This document shows, in pieces, positions 11,200-21,045 of a DNA stretch of 64,000 bases. This DNA is from an uncultured Eubacteriales bacterium (GTDB lineage: Bacteria > Bacillota > Clostridia > Christensenellales > UBA1242), in the NCBI GenBank assembly GCA_948695535.1, contig CAPRTS010000004.1, forward strand, positions 37,608-101,607. Reading direction: 5' to 3'. Below the pieces are notes generated by a model, which did no database searches, was not told the origin of the DNA, and saw only the letters and a program-made list of their open reading frames with translations. Both the position numbers and the translations under genes were made by a program. Numbering within the stretch: position 1 is the stretch's first letter; every line of letters begins with the position of its first letter.

Positions 11200-12255
11200 A
11201 TGGCAGAAAAAGAACAAAAAACGTACAGTAAAAAATGTGTGACCTGTGGCGGTGACTTAGTTTTTAATCCCAAAAAGCAAGTGTTGCAATGTGTGCAATG
11301 CGGTAATGCTGTGCCGGTGAGAACTACACTAACGACCGAAAAGTCATTTGAAAACTTGCTGCGTAATGCACCCCAATGGCAAAAAGATACGGTAGTTTAT
11401 CGTTGTGAACACTGTGGTGCCAAAGCGGTGATCAGCCGTAACGACTTGGCTAAACGTTGCGATTACTGCGGGGCAACTAATATTATTAAGGTTGAAGACT
11501 TACCGGGAATTCGCCCTGATACAGTCGCGGTATTCAAAATTACCAAAGATGAAGCCGTGGCCAAAGCACGTGGTTGGCTGAGCCGACGTTTCTTCGCGCC
11601 TCGGTGGTATAAAAAGTCCGCCCGTGCTAAAAATATGCACGGTATTTATTATCCAGCATTTACTTTTGACGCCCAAACTTTCAGTAATTACCGCGGCGTA
11701 CAAATTGAAACACACACCAATACCTATTACGTAGACGGTAAGCCGGTTACCCGTACGTATACTACTTCGCATCCGGTAACGGGGCAATTAGCCAAAGTGT
11801 TTGACGACATTTTAATCCCCGCAGCAACAACAGTTGATAGCGGTATTTTGTCAAAACTACAACCTTTTCAGACCAACGAAGCAGTGGCTTATCAAAAGGA
11901 ATTATTGCTGGGTTATACGGCCGGTCATTATACCCAAGATGCCCAGCAATGTTGGTTTACGGCAAAACAACGTATGGGAGAACAAATTAAAGCCGAAATC
12001 CTGGACCGTTATGATGGTGATGTTGTCGATTTAGTGATTGATACCAACGTCAGTAACATAACTTATAAATACGTCTTATTGCCACTTTATGTGGGGCACA
12101 GTGAGTACAACAACAAAAAGTACGAGCTGTACGTTAACGGTCAAACGGGGAAGGCTTACGGCAAGACGCCAGTTTCGCCATGGAAAGTGCTGTTGGTGAC
12201 GGCCTTAGGCTTGGCAGCGGTGGTGGGTGCGTTTTTGCTTGCTATGGTTTTATAA
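11200..12255 (+). CDS. zinc-ribbon protein with C-terminal TM anchor (YdjG-like)
   Basis: Two CxxC...CxxC ribbons (CVTCG..CVQCG; CEHCG..CDYCG) and a C-terminal TM (VLLVTALGLAAVVGAFLLAMVL). Follows the SPFH gene, as in the B. subtilis ydjGHI context. Confidence 0.5.
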   Translation: MAEKEQKTYSKKCVTCGGDLVFNPKKQVLQCVQCGNAVPVRTTLTTEKSFENLLRNAPQWQKDTVVYRCEHCGAKAVISRNDLAKRCDYCGATNIIKVEDLPGIRPDTVAVFKITKDEAVAKARGWLSRRFFAPRWYKKSARAKNMHGIYYPAFTFDAQTFSNYRGVQIETHTNTYYVDGKPVTRTYTTSHPVTGQLAKVFDDILIPAATTVDSGILSKLQPFQTNEAVAYQKELLLGYTAGHYTQDAQQCWFTAKQRMGEQIKAEILDRYDGDVVDLVIDTNVSNITYKYVLLPLYVGHSEYNNKKYELYVNGQTGKAYGKTPVSPWKVLLVTALGLAAVVGAFLLAMVL

Positions 12256-12282
12256 TCCGGGTACAATAATAAAGGAGATAAT

Positions 12283-12726
12283 ATGGATAAAAAAATATTG
12301 TTAAGGTTAATTGTGCCAACGGTACTGCTGGCTGTTGCGATAATCTCTTTATTAATGGTAATTCCGGCTACGGCGACGTATTTTACGTGGTTTTCGTGGG
12401 CGTGGGTGGTGACGATTATTGCGGGCGCGTTGGGGCTGCGTTATTTATTGGCCGGTATCTTTGGTCACGGCGATGCCGTCGTACGCAAAGCCAATTTGTG
12501 GTTTGGGGCGTTATTCTTAGTAGTAACCTTATTTTGTTTAACTTGGGCAATTGCGGTACCTAAGGACTGGATCGCACCATTAGTTGCGATCATTATTACC
12601 GGGGCGTTGTTTCTGGGGGTGGTGTTTACCGGCGGTCGTAAATGGGACGCGGGGGACAATCAAAAGGCTGGCTACCAAAATTATCACCAACGTAAGGCCG
12701 CGGCCGAAAAGGAACACCAATCTTGA
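12283..12726 (+). CDS. small 4-TM membrane protein
   Basis: 147 aa with four hydrophobic segments. AAGGAG SD. Third gene of the SPFH cluster. Confidence 0.5.
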   Translation: MDKKILLRLIVPTVLLAVAIISLLMVIPATATYFTWFSWAWVVTIIAGALGLRYLLAGIFGHGDAVVRKANLWFGALFLVVTLFCLTWAIAVPKDWIAPLVAIIITGALFLGVVFTGGRKWDAGDNQKAGYQNYHQRKAAAEKEHQS

Positions 12727-12762
12727 CTTTTTGACCTAGGTAACGCATACTGTTACCGATTC

Positions 12763-12838
<76 letters not shown>

Positions 12839-12852
12839 ACTCAAATTAAAAT

Positions 12853-12881
12853 TTGCTATTACGGGCAATAATTTGTATAAT
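12853..12881 (+). promoter_or_regulatory. TTGCTA-N17-TATAAT promoter, 7 nt before ATG 12889
   Basis: Read directly. The TTG used as ORF-track start at 12853 is the -35 hexamer. Confidence 0.5.
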
Positions 12882-12888
12882 AAAGAAT

Positions 12889-14502
12889 ATGACCAAATTG
12901 GGAACCAAAAAGATTGTTTTAATCGCGTTGGTCGCGGTGATTGCGATAAGCGGTATTATTTGGGCGATTGTCGCGTCCTTAAAGCCGACTTTCCGTTCCG
13001 GCATTGACACCGTCCCTGGGGCGTACAGTGTATCGGGTAACGGCTCGGCGGCGGTAATGGTAGATAACTATCTGTATTTTGTTGGTGGTTATACTAAAAC
13101 CAGTGAAATTAAGTACGGCGATAATGATTATTATGCCAATGGTAAAATCCCCACGGCGGGTATTTACCGGGTAGAGGTCAAAGATAACCAACCCGTGTTG
13201 AATTACGAATACGATAATACCTACGAAGACGGTGATAAGACTTTGGAATACGGCCCCGACGATCCGGAATACAACCAAATGGACAACGTGACCAAAATTA
13301 CTGATTGGGAGGACGTAACTGCGAAAAAGTCCCACATCAAAGCGGTTGTCCCGAAGATTGCCGGGCACGACCAAGCCGCCATGTGGGTGTTCGGTAATAA
13401 TTTGATTTATACTACGCCGCACAATTTGCTAAACAGCACCGGTGTTTTACTGTCGAACAAGTTAGACTTCTACTGTGTGAACTTGGACGGCACCAACCAC
13501 CGTTTAATTTACACTTCGGCAGCCGACGTAACGCGCAGTGACTTTACGCTGTGGGCGAACAACACTAATAATATTTATTTGTTAATTAAAGAAGGGACAA
13601 CCTTGAAAAAAATTAAGGTTAGTGATAAAAAAGTTACCACCATTGCGGAAAAAGTTACCGCTGCGGCATTCCCAACGGCAACCCAGTACCGTACCAACGC
13701 CAATAACGAACGACTGGCCGAAATTTACGGTGGGGTGATGAGTTACGTTTATTACACGACCGACCGTGATACCGCCAACCAAACGGGCAGTGGTAACGGC
13801 AATTTAATGTACCGTTACGCGATAGCGGACAATGCCGACGCCGAATTGATTGGCGACCAAACTACCGACGAAACCAGTATTACCTATACGCCGGTGGTGG
13901 TGACGCCGTTCGGTACCGACAACGCGCAATTTGTCTATACTACCAAAGAAACCCGGAGTGGTACTGAATTTGCGGCGACTAAATACTGCGTAGCCACCAG
14001 TGATGGTAATTTGACTACCAAAGCCGACTTTGACGCGTTAACGGGGGTGAACCTAGCCGGTTCGGGCAGCACAATTAAAATTTACGCGAATGGTTTTTAC
14101 ACTGTGGACGAAACCTTGTGGCGTTACGATTTAGGCTACGTCAATCAAGATCGCGGTAAAAGTATTACTAATCAAACCAATCTCGGCCGTACGGGGGTCA
14201 GCAACGTTTTTGCCGTGATGGGTAATACGGTCTATTATCAAACTTCATCGTCAGCGGTGGTAATTACCTTTGCGGCGAACGGTACTACGTCCGGCAGTGG
14301 CACTACGATTAACCTGACAGCCACCACGGACGATGATACCGGTACCACCAGCACGGAATCGGCGTTACCGTTGTCGGCACTGTATCAAGCCTACGCGGAC
14401 GGCGGAGCGGCGGGTAATAATTTGGTATTCCTTTACGATAACGGGCAATTAAAATTATATTCGGCAGTAACCACGGATGTCTACGCTTACTTGCGTCGTT
14501 AA
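12889..14502 (+). CDS. N-terminally membrane-anchored extracellular protein (possible beta-propeller/DUF5050-like)
   Basis: MTKLGTKKIVLIALVAVIAISGIIWAIVA signal-anchor. The Thr/Asn/Tyr-rich ectodomain has recurring NxIYxT / LDGTN-type segments. Confidence 0.55.
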   Translation: MTKLGTKKIVLIALVAVIAISGIIWAIVASLKPTFRSGIDTVPGAYSVSGNGSAAVMVDNYLYFVGGYTKTSEIKYGDNDYYANGKIPTAGIYRVEVKDNQPVLNYEYDNTYEDGDKTLEYGPDDPEYNQMDNVTKITDWEDVTAKKSHIKAVVPKIAGHDQAAMWVFGNNLIYTTPHNLLNSTGVLLSNKLDFYCVNLDGTNHRLIYTSAADVTRSDFTLWANNTNNIYLLIKEGTTLKKIKVSDKKVTTIAEKVTAAAFPTATQYRTNANNERLAEIYGGVMSYVYYTTDRDTANQTGSGNGNLMYRYAIADNADAELIGDQTTDETSITYTPVVVTPFGTDNAQFVYTTKETRSGTEFAATKYCVATSDGNLTTKADFDALTGVNLAGSGSTIKIYANGFYTVDETLWRYDLGYVNQDRGKSITNQTNLGRTGVSNVFAVMGNTVYYQTSSSAVVITFAANGTTSGSGTTINLTATTDDDTGTTSTESALPLSALYQAYADGGAAGNNLVFLYDNGQLKLYSAVTTDVYAYLRR

Positions 14503-14539
14503 AAGACGAAAAGATTGTGAAAAAAAGCAAAAAAATTGT

Positions 14540-14568
14540 TTGACAGTGTATTTTGCGTATTATAAAAT
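14540..14568 (+). promoter_or_regulatory. TTGACA-N17-TAAAAT promoter
   Basis: Consensus -35 and near-consensus -10, ~40 nt upstream of ATG 14609, which has an AAGGAG SD. Confidence 0.55.
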
Positions 14569-14608
14569 TGTTATAGTTAATAATAACTAAAAGGAGAAAA
14601 TTAAAAAA

Positions 14609-14932
14609 ATGAATTTCATTAAAAATTTACTAGCAGATGATCTTGGTGCAGGTACGGGATTGTCAAGTGCTAATGATGCAATTAAAGGTATCGCCAAACA
14701 GATTAACACCATTGCATCGACGATTTTTGGGGTTTTGATTATTGGCATGGTTGGGGTCGCGGTTTATTTAGCGTTCAAAATGTTTACCGCCAGCACCGAA
14801 GATAAACGTAAAAATGCGAAAGGTCAAATGATTTACGCGATCATTGGGGTCGTGGTGTTGATTATTTTCTTAATCTTAACGCCCGTTATCACCAATGCGA
14901 TTAATCAAGCGATGACTAATACTACTAAATAA
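14609..14932 (+). CDS. small two-TM membrane protein (VirB2/TrbC-pilin-like topology)
   Basis: 107 aa with two hydrophobic helices separated by the basic loop TEDKRKNAKGQ. Has its own promoter and terminator. Confidence 0.55.
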   Translation: MNFIKNLLADDLGAGTGLSSANDAIKGIAKQINTIASTIFGVLIIGMVGVAVYLAFKMFTASTEDKRKNAKGQMIYAIIGVVVLIIFLILTPVITNAINQAMTNTTK

Positions 14933-14960
14933 ATAATTGCGTTACAAAAATTACAAAAAA

Positions 14961-14985
14961 ACACGGTCGCACACCGTGTTTTTTT
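14961..14985 (+). terminator. rho-independent terminator
   Basis: CACGGT-CGCAC-ACCGTG hairpin followed by T7, with an A-run upstream (possibly bidirectional). Confidence 0.7.
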
Positions 14986-15002
14986 GTGGCATATATAACG
15001 CC

Positions 15003-15737
15003 ATGCCAACCATTACCAAAGCGGTAATTACCGCGGGCGGGTACGCCACCCGTTTTTTACCAATTACCAAAGCCGTGCCCAAAGAAATGTTACCATTAGG
15101 TGACCGGCCGGTAATTCATTACATTTTACAAGAATTGGCCACGGCCGGCATTACCGATGTGTTAATTTTAATTGGCCGAGGACGGGAAAGTTTATTAAAT
15201 TATTTGGACAAAAACTACGAAGTTGATGATTATTTGCACAAACGCGGTCAAAGTACCGCCACCAATTTTTTTGGCGAGTTAAACATTTATTATCGTCGGG
15301 TACCATTACCGCAAGGCGTGGCCGATTGTGTGCGCCACGCGCGCAGTTTTGTTGGTGACGACCCGTTTGTGTTGGCGTATTGTGACGATGTGTTTTTTGG
15401 TGGTAACCCTACGCGCGAATTGGTAACAGCGTACGCGCAAAACGGGCAACCCGGTGTAGTGGCGGCGACGGTGCCGGCGGCGGACGCCCACCAGTACGGC
15501 ATTATTGGCCCGGACGGCGTAATCGTGGAAAAGCCGACCCAGCCACAAAGTAATTTGGCGGTGGTCGGGCGGTATTTATTGCCACCGCATTTTTGCGATA
15601 CCTTAGGTGACGATATGATTGCGGCGTTAAACGCGTTACAGCCGAAAAACACGGTGGTCACCACCGCTCGGCGTTTTGACACCGGTAATAAAAACGGTTT
15701 CTTTCAAGCGTTCAAATACATCATGTCGCAAAATTGA
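15003..15737 (+). CDS. galU: UTP--glucose-1-phosphate uridylyltransferase-like nucleotidyltransferase
   Basis: KAVITAGGYATRFLPITKAVPKEMLPLGDRPVIHYILQE matches the GalU N-terminal signature. At 244 aa it is shorter than typical GalU. The track start at 14937 runs through the terminator. Confidence 0.8.
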   Translation: MPTITKAVITAGGYATRFLPITKAVPKEMLPLGDRPVIHYILQELATAGITDVLILIGRGRESLLNYLDKNYEVDDYLHKRGQSTATNFFGELNIYYRRVPLPQGVADCVRHARSFVGDDPFVLAYCDDVFFGGNPTRELVTAYAQNGQPGVVAATVPAADAHQYGIIGPDGVIVEKPTQPQSNLAVVGRYLLPPHFCDTLGDDMIAALNALQPKNTVVTTARRFDTGNKNGFFQAFKYIMSQN

Positions 15738-16267
15738 ATTTGGTAATCTACGTTGGCGATAAAGGCTTGGACAATTTGGCGTACCAAGGTTTTACCTTGG
15801 CTGTGGGTCAGTTTAGCGGAGTCATAATGCAAATCCAGTTCGTAACCCAATAAGTGTAATAAGGTGCCAAAAAATTCGATAAAAATGGGGTAGCAACTTT
15901 TATCCGTCGTGGCCAAGTCGCTGATGGCGTTGACGGCGGCCACCAAGGCGGCCGGGGCTTGTTCGACGAATTCCAAATGCAATAACGCGTCGGCAATTCC
16001 GCAGGCCAAGTAGTAGCGGTTCAAATCTTTGGTTAGTCCGTACGGTGCGGTCAGTACGTTAATGCCGGTGATCGCCGAGCCACTGCCGGTGAACTCCGCC
16101 ACAGTGAACAGTCCGCAACTGCTGGCTAATTTAGCCTTTGGACGGTATACGCCTTTCAAATTAAACCACTTGATCCCGCCCGCGGTAAAAATTGCCAAAC
16201 GAGCGTCGTAATCGCCGTAACGTACGCTTTTAATTATCACTCCCAATTCGACAAAACTTTCCCGCAT
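15704..16267 (-). CDS. recO: DNA repair protein RecO (short form)
   Basis: N-terminal OB-fold pattern (GVIIKSVRYGDYDARLAIFTAGGIKWFNLKGV) and a neighbouring yqzL-like gene, as in Bacillus. 187 aa. Confidence 0.65.
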   Translation of the reverse strand: MRESFVELGVIIKSVRYGDYDARLAIFTAGGIKWFNLKGVYRPKAKLASSCGLFTVAEFTGSGSAITGINVLTAPYGLTKDLNRYYLACGIADALLHLEFVEQAPAALVAAVNAISDLATTDKSCYPIFIEFFGTLLHLLGYELDLHYDSAKLTHSQGKTLVRQIVQAFIANVDYQIQFCDMMYLNA

Positions 16268-16298
16268 ACAATCGCAGTTTAACGCAAATAATAAGGGT

Positions 16299-16394
16299 AT
16301 GGAACTAAAAAATACTTTATGGCAACTGTTTGAACTGACGGGTGAAATTGGGTATTACAATCTTTACATTGCGTTGGACGAAAAAAAGCGTTAA
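16299..16394 (+). CDS. YqzL-family small protein (31 aa)
   Basis: Hand-translated MELKNTLWQLFELTGEIGYYNLYIALDEKKR. The W..F..TG.I..Y.LY pattern and position next to recO recall B. subtilis YqzL. Below the ORF-track size cutoff. Confidence 0.45.
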   Translation: MELKNTLWQLFELTGEIGYYNLYIALDEKKR

Positions 16395-16403
16395 CCTATA
16401 AGC

Positions 16404-18185
16404 GTGAAACACACGCGGAATTTTTGCATCGTTGCCCATATCGACCATGGCAAATCGACTTTGGCCGACCGCTTGTTGGAAATTACGCATACCGTCGCCC
16501 CACGCGATATGTCCGCCCAATTATTGGATAGCATGGAATTGGAACGTGAACGTGGCATTACTATTAAATTGACGCCCACCCGCATGCATTATACTTACCG
16601 GGGCGAAGAATACATTTTGAACTTAATCGACACCCCCGGGCACGTGGATTTCACTTACGAAGTGTCACGTTCATTAAAGGCTTGCGAAGGGGCAATTTTA
16701 ATTGTTGATGCAACCCAGGGGATTGAGGCGCAAACCTTGTCGAACGCGTACTTGGCGTTGGATAACGGCTTAGAAATCATTCCTGTTTTGAATAAGGTTG
16801 ATTTGCCCGCCGCCAATGTTGAACAAGTGCGCGCGGATATTGAACAAGTGATTGGCATTCCGGCCGGCTTGGCACCCGCAATTTCGGCTAAGACGGGTTT
16901 GAATGTTGAACAAGTGTTAGAGCAAGTGATTGAACTGTTGCCCGCACCCGTGGGCGATCCTGACGCGCCGTTAAAGGCGTTACTGTTCGATTGCTACTAC
17001 AACAATTTCTTGGGGGCGGTGTGTTTGGTGCGTGTCTTTGACGGTAGGGTTAAAGTTGGTGACCGTATTAAAATGTTGGCGACAAATAAAGAGTTTGAAG
17101 TCACCGAAGTCGGGGTCTTCACGCCTAAACAAACTCCAATTGCTGAGTTAACGGTTGGCGACGTCGGTTACATTTGTGCCAGCATAAAGACGGTGAACGA
17201 AATTAAGATTGGCGACACGATTACCGAAGCCGCACGCCCGTGTGTGGCGTTACCGGGTTACAAGGAAGTTTTACCCGTGGTCTTTACTGGCATTTATCCC
17301 GTCGCGGGGGACAAGTACGGCGAATTGAAAGACGCGTTAGATAAACTGAAACTGAACGACGCCAGTTTGGAATTTACCAAGGAAACCAGCACCGCGTTGG
17401 GCTTTGGTTTCCGTGTGGGTTTCTTGGGATTATTGCACATGGAAATTATCACCGAACGACTAGAACGCGAATTCAATTTGGACATTATTACTACTGCACC
17501 CAGTGTTAATTATATCGTTCACAAAACGGACGGCACCGTGGTGCACGTTGCGAACCCCAGCAATTTGCCCAAGGCTGCCGATATTGATTATTTTGAAGAA
17601 CCAATTGTTAATTTACAGATGTGGACACCGCCCGAATACATTGGCCCGTTAATGGATCTGGCGACCGAAAAACGCGGAGAGTTTATTACTATGCAACATT
17701 TAGACGACCGACGTACGACGTTGAATTTCCGTATCCCCTTAAACGAAATTGTATACGATTTTTTTGACCGTTTGAAAAGTTGCAGTCGCGGTTACGCCAG
17801 TTTAGATTACGAACCAGCAGGTTACGTGCGTGCGAAACTGGTGAAGTTGGATATTTTGTTAAACGGTAAAGTTTGTGATGCGTTGTCAATTATCGTGCAC
17901 GAAGATGCCGCGTATAAAAAAGGTAAAGCGTTAACGGAAAAATTAAAAGAAGTCATTCCCAGACAAATGTTCGAAGTCCCGATTCAGGCTGCGATTGGCG
18001 GTAAGGTTATTGCCCGCGAAACGGTCAAGGCGTTGCGCAAAGACGTGTTGGCGAAATGCTACGGGGGTGACATTACCCGCAAAATGAAGTTGTTGGAAAA
18101 ACAAAAAGAAGGTAAGAAAAAAATGCGCATGTTGGGCACGGTCGAAGTTCCTAGTGAAGCCTTCGTGGAGATTTTAAAAATTTAA
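16404..18185 (+). CDS. lepA: translation elongation factor 4 (LepA)
   Basis: [35 protein letters not shown], and a LepA C-terminal domain. GTG start. Confidence 0.95.
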   Translation: MKHTRNFCIVAHIDHGKSTLADRLLEITHTVAPRDMSAQLLDSMELERERGITIKLTPTRMHYTYRGEEYILNLIDTPGHVDFTYEVSRSLKACEGAILIVDATQGIEAQTLSNAYLALDNGLEIIPVLNKVDLPAANVEQVRADIEQVIGIPAGLAPAISAKTGLNVEQVLEQVIELLPAPVGDPDAPLKALLFDCYYNNFLGAVCLVRVFDGRVKVGDRIKMLATNKEFEVTEVGVFTPKQTPIAELTVGDVGYICASIKTVNEIKIGDTITEAARPCVALPGYKEVLPVVFTGIYPVAGDKYGELKDALDKLKLNDASLEFTKETSTALGFGFRVGFLGLLHMEIITERLEREFNLDIITTAPSVNYIVHKTDGTVVHVANPSNLPKAADIDYFEEPIVNLQMWTPPEYIGPLMDLATEKRGEFITMQHLDDRRTTLNFRIPLNEIVYDFFDRLKSCSRGYASLDYEPAGYVRAKLVKLDILLNGKVCDALSIIVHEDAAYKKGKALTEKLKEVIPRQMFEVPIQAAIGGKVIARETVKALRKDVLAKCYGGDITRKMKLLEKQKEGKKKMRMLGTVEVPSEAFVEILKI

Positions 18186-19162
18186 TGAAACCGTTGGCTG
18201 TTTATATCCATATTCCTTTTTGCGAACAACGTTGTGGTTATTGTGATTTTGTATCGGGGTGCGATTTAACCAAAATTGACGCGTACCTAGAACGTTTAGT
18301 CGCGGAAATTAAGGCATTTGATTTCACTAAATATACCGTGCAAAGCATATACCTTGGTGGTGGTACGCCCAGTCTATTGTCGCCCGTGCAGATCAAAAAA
18401 ATTTTCACTGTTTTGCCCCCAAGCGCTGGGGAAGTGACTATTGAAGTCAATCCTAATTCGTTAACGGTGGACAAGTGTGTGGCTTACCGGGCGGTGGGTA
18501 TTAACCGCATCAGCATCGGCGTGCAATCTTTCGATGATGCCACTTTGCGCGACCTAGGGCGCCGCCATGACGTTAAACAAGCGGTTGCCGCGATAGACTT
18601 GGCGGCCGAGCACTTTACCAACGTGTCGATTGACTTAATCAAAGACATACCCGGTCACCACTTCGTGACACCGCCGGCCACCGTGTTAGACAAGATTAAA
18701 CACCTCTCAATTTACAGTCTAACCCGCGACGACCATTGTGTCTTAGAAACCGACGAACCCGTGCGTCTACCGCGGGCGTTTCACCGTTACGAAGTCAGCA
18801 ACTACGCGCGTCAAGGTTACGAAAGCCGGCATAATTTGGCTTACTGGTCGGGTGGGGAATACATTGGGTTTGGTTGCGCTGCCCACTCCTTGTTGAACGG
18901 GGAACGTTTCGCCAACACTAACGACTTATTGAACTATCATCGTTATACTACTGCGGTTTTGACGCCCGCCATGGTGCGAGAAGAACAAATTATGTTGGGC
19001 TTGCGTTTACGGACGGGGGTGTCACTGGGGTTGCTGTCGGGGCGCGAGAACACGGTCAAAACCTTGCAAGATCATGGCTTGGTTAAAATTAAAGACGACC
19101 ACCTCATCGCCACCACCAAAGGCTTAAAAATTCTTAACCAATTATGGTTACAGTTAGTTTGA
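18185..19162 (+). CDS. hemW: radical SAM heme chaperone HemW-like (HemN family)
   Basis: YIHIPFCEQRCGYCDF radical-SAM motif. Follows lepA, as in many Firmicutes. Stop/start overlap. Confidence 0.85.
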   Translation: MKPLAVYIHIPFCEQRCGYCDFVSGCDLTKIDAYLERLVAEIKAFDFTKYTVQSIYLGGGTPSLLSPVQIKKIFTVLPPSAGEVTIEVNPNSLTVDKCVAYRAVGINRISIGVQSFDDATLRDLGRRHDVKQAVAAIDLAAEHFTNVSIDLIKDIPGHHFVTPPATVLDKIKHLSIYSLTRDDHCVLETDEPVRLPRAFHRYEVSNYARQGYESRHNLAYWSGGEYIGFGCAAHSLLNGERFANTNDLLNYHRYTTAVLTPAMVREEQIMLGLRLRTGVSLGLLSGRENTVKTLQDHGLVKIKDDHLIATTKGLKILNQLWLQLV

Positions 19163-19166
19163 TTTT

Positions 19167-19240
19167 TGGCAGGAGCGGTAGGAATCGGACCCACACCACA
19201 GGTTTTGGAGACCCATGTTCTACCACTAAACTACGCTCCT
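19167..19240 (-). tRNA. tRNA-Trp (anticodon CCA)
   Basis: The 74-nt reverse complement AGGAGCGTAGTTTAGTGGTAGAACATGGGTCTCCAAAACCTGTGGTGTGGGTCCGATTCCTACCGCTCCTGCCA closely parallels B. subtilis tRNA-Trp as I recall it. Encoded CCA. Confidence 0.9.
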
Positions 19241-19302
19241 AAGATTTAACAGTTTAACACAGTCGGGTGCGGTTAGGCAACTGCTAATTGCCACAAAAGT
19301 TC

Positions 19303-19331
19303 TTGGTAAGAGTGAATTTTTGGGGTATGAT
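19303..19331 (+). promoter_or_regulatory. TTGGTA-N17-TATGAT promoter, 6 nt before ATG 19338
   Basis: Read directly. Supports 19338 rather than TTG 19320 as the start. Confidence 0.45.
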
Positions 19332-19337
19332 AAAGGT

Positions 19338-20435
19338 ATGGTAAATTTGTATACACCAGCCGAGATTGTCAGCAAATTGGACGAATACGTCATTGGCCAA
19401 GATGACGCCAAACGGGTTTTGGCAGTAGCGGTTTATAACCATTATAAACGGGTTCAGTTTGCCCAGTCGGGTGGCAACAGTGATGTCGAAGTTAAAAAGA
19501 GCAACGTCATGATGTTGGGGCCGACCGGCTCGGGTAAAACATTGCAAGTTACCACGTTGGCGAAAATTTTGAACACGACTTTTGTGGTGGCTGATGCGAC
19601 CGCCATTGTGGCTTCGGATAACGTGGGCGATGAAATCAATAAAATGTTGATTAAGTTGTTGGACAAGACCAATGGTGACGTGCATGCTGCCGAAATGGGC
19701 ATTGTGTTCTTGGACGAAATTGACAAATTGGTTACGGGTGTCAACCGCATGAAAGGTGAAAGTATCCAACAAATTATGTTAAAGATTGTTGAAGGTACCA
19801 TTGCCGAAGTGCCGTACAAAGGACAAACGGTCAAAATGGACACCAACAATATCTTGTTTATTTGTGGTGGGGCGTTCGTGGACTTACCGGGTATCATTCG
19901 TACGCGCTTGGGAGAACGCGAATCCATTTTATTAAGTGATTTTCAAATCTTAAAAGAAGTCGTGGCTGACGACTTTGCTACCTTTGGTATGATTCCCGAA
20001 TTCTGCGGTCGTTTTCCCGTGGTGGTGGTACTGGAAGCCTTAAATCGCGAAGCTTTGAAAGAGGCCCTGGTTAAACCGAAAAACTCGTTACTTTCGCAGT
20101 ATAAAAGAATGCTGGACGTAGAACAAGTTGAAATTGAATTTGACGAAAGTAGTATTGATAAAATTGCGGAAATGGCGGAAGCGTTAAAGACGGGGGCTCG
20201 TGGTTTGCGGACAATTTGCGAACGCTTTATGACCAATATCATGTACGATATTCCTAACGAAAAGGATTTAAGTAAGATTATTATTACCGCTGACGTGGTG
20301 GCGGGGGTTAGTAAACCTAAGTACATCTATAAGGTGTCGCAGACCGACCCCGAATTAACACCCCTGATACCCAGTCCTTTACGGGCAACCAATGCTTATA
20401 ATGATGAAGGAGTACACAATGGAAACAAGTATTAA
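19338..20435 (+). CDS. ClpX-like AAA+ ATPase lacking Zn-finger, pore-1 Tyr, RKH and IGF loops
   Basis: Collinear with ClpX from LDEYVIGQDDAKRVLAVAVYNHYKR. Walker A GPTGSGKT, Walker B FLDEIDK and sensor-2 TGARGLR are present. GYVG is replaced by DNVG. Confidence 0.8.
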   Translation: MVNLYTPAEIVSKLDEYVIGQDDAKRVLAVAVYNHYKRVQFAQSGGNSDVEVKKSNVMMLGPTGSGKTLQVTTLAKILNTTFVVADATAIVASDNVGDEINKMLIKLLDKTNGDVHAAEMGIVFLDEIDKLVTGVNRMKGESIQQIMLKIVEGTIAEVPYKGQTVKMDTNNILFICGGAFVDLPGIIRTRLGERESILLSDFQILKEVVADDFATFGMIPEFCGRFPVVVVLEALNREALKEALVKPKNSLLSQYKRMLDVEQVEIEFDESSIDKIAEMAEALKTGARGLRTICERFMTNIMYDIPNEKDLSKIIITADVVAGVSKPKYIYKVSQTDPELTPLIPSPLRATNAYNDEGVHNGNKY

Positions 20436-21045
20436 GTATCCCAACGGTGACGCTTACGCGGGACAAATGACGGATAACAAAAAAGAAGGCATTGGTGCGT
20501 ATTTTTACAAAAGTGGCAGTCGTTACGAAGGCCAATGGCAAGGCGATAAAAAGCACGGCCGGGGTATCTTCTATTTTGCCAATGGCGACGTTTTGGCCGG
20601 CACGTGGCAAGAGGGACAGTTAACGGGCAAGGTGTTGTACCAGTTCGCGAATAACGATGAATACGAAGGTGAATTAAAAGACAACCAATACCACGGCAAA
20701 GGTATTTATCGCTACCATAACGGTAACGCTTACAGCGGACAATGGCAAGATGGACAACAACATGGTCAAGGTGTTTTGTTTTACGCCGAAGGTGGTCAAT
20801 ACCAAGGTGATTGGGTCAAGGGTCAACGCGAAGGCAAGGGGCTCTTGGATTGTGGTGGTGGTAACGGTTACGAGGGCAACTGGCACGCCGACCAACGCCA
20901 AGGCTTAGGTCGCCAATTTTTCGCTAATGGCGAACAATACGTTGGCGAATGGAAAAACAACAAAAAACATGGTCGGGGAACTTATCTTTATGCTGATGGT
21001 ACACGTGATGAAGGTGAGTGGGTTAATGATGTTAAACAAAGTTAA
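20419..21045 (+). CDS. MORN-repeat protein
   Basis: About eight tandem Y-x-G-x-W-x2-[GD]-x2-HG-x-G units. AAGGAG SD. 17-nt overlap with the ClpX-like gene. Confidence 0.8.
   Translation: METSIKYPNGDAYAGQMTDNKKEGIGAYFYKSGSRYEGQWQGDKKHGRGIFYFANGDVLAGTWQEGQLTGKVLYQFANNDEYEGELKDNQYHGKGIYRYHNGNAYSGQWQDGQQHGQGVLFYAEGGQYQGDWVKGQREGKGLLDCGGGNGYEGNWHADQRQGLGRQFFANGEQYVGEWKNNKKHGRGTYLYADGTRDEGEWVNDVKQS

Noticed and set aside
16404-16406. lepA as another leaderless gene
   Set aside because: It starts with GTG only 9 nt after the yqzL-like stop, and the best -10-like hexamer (TATAAG) is 1 nt from the start codon. Co-transcription with the small upstream ORF is more likely.
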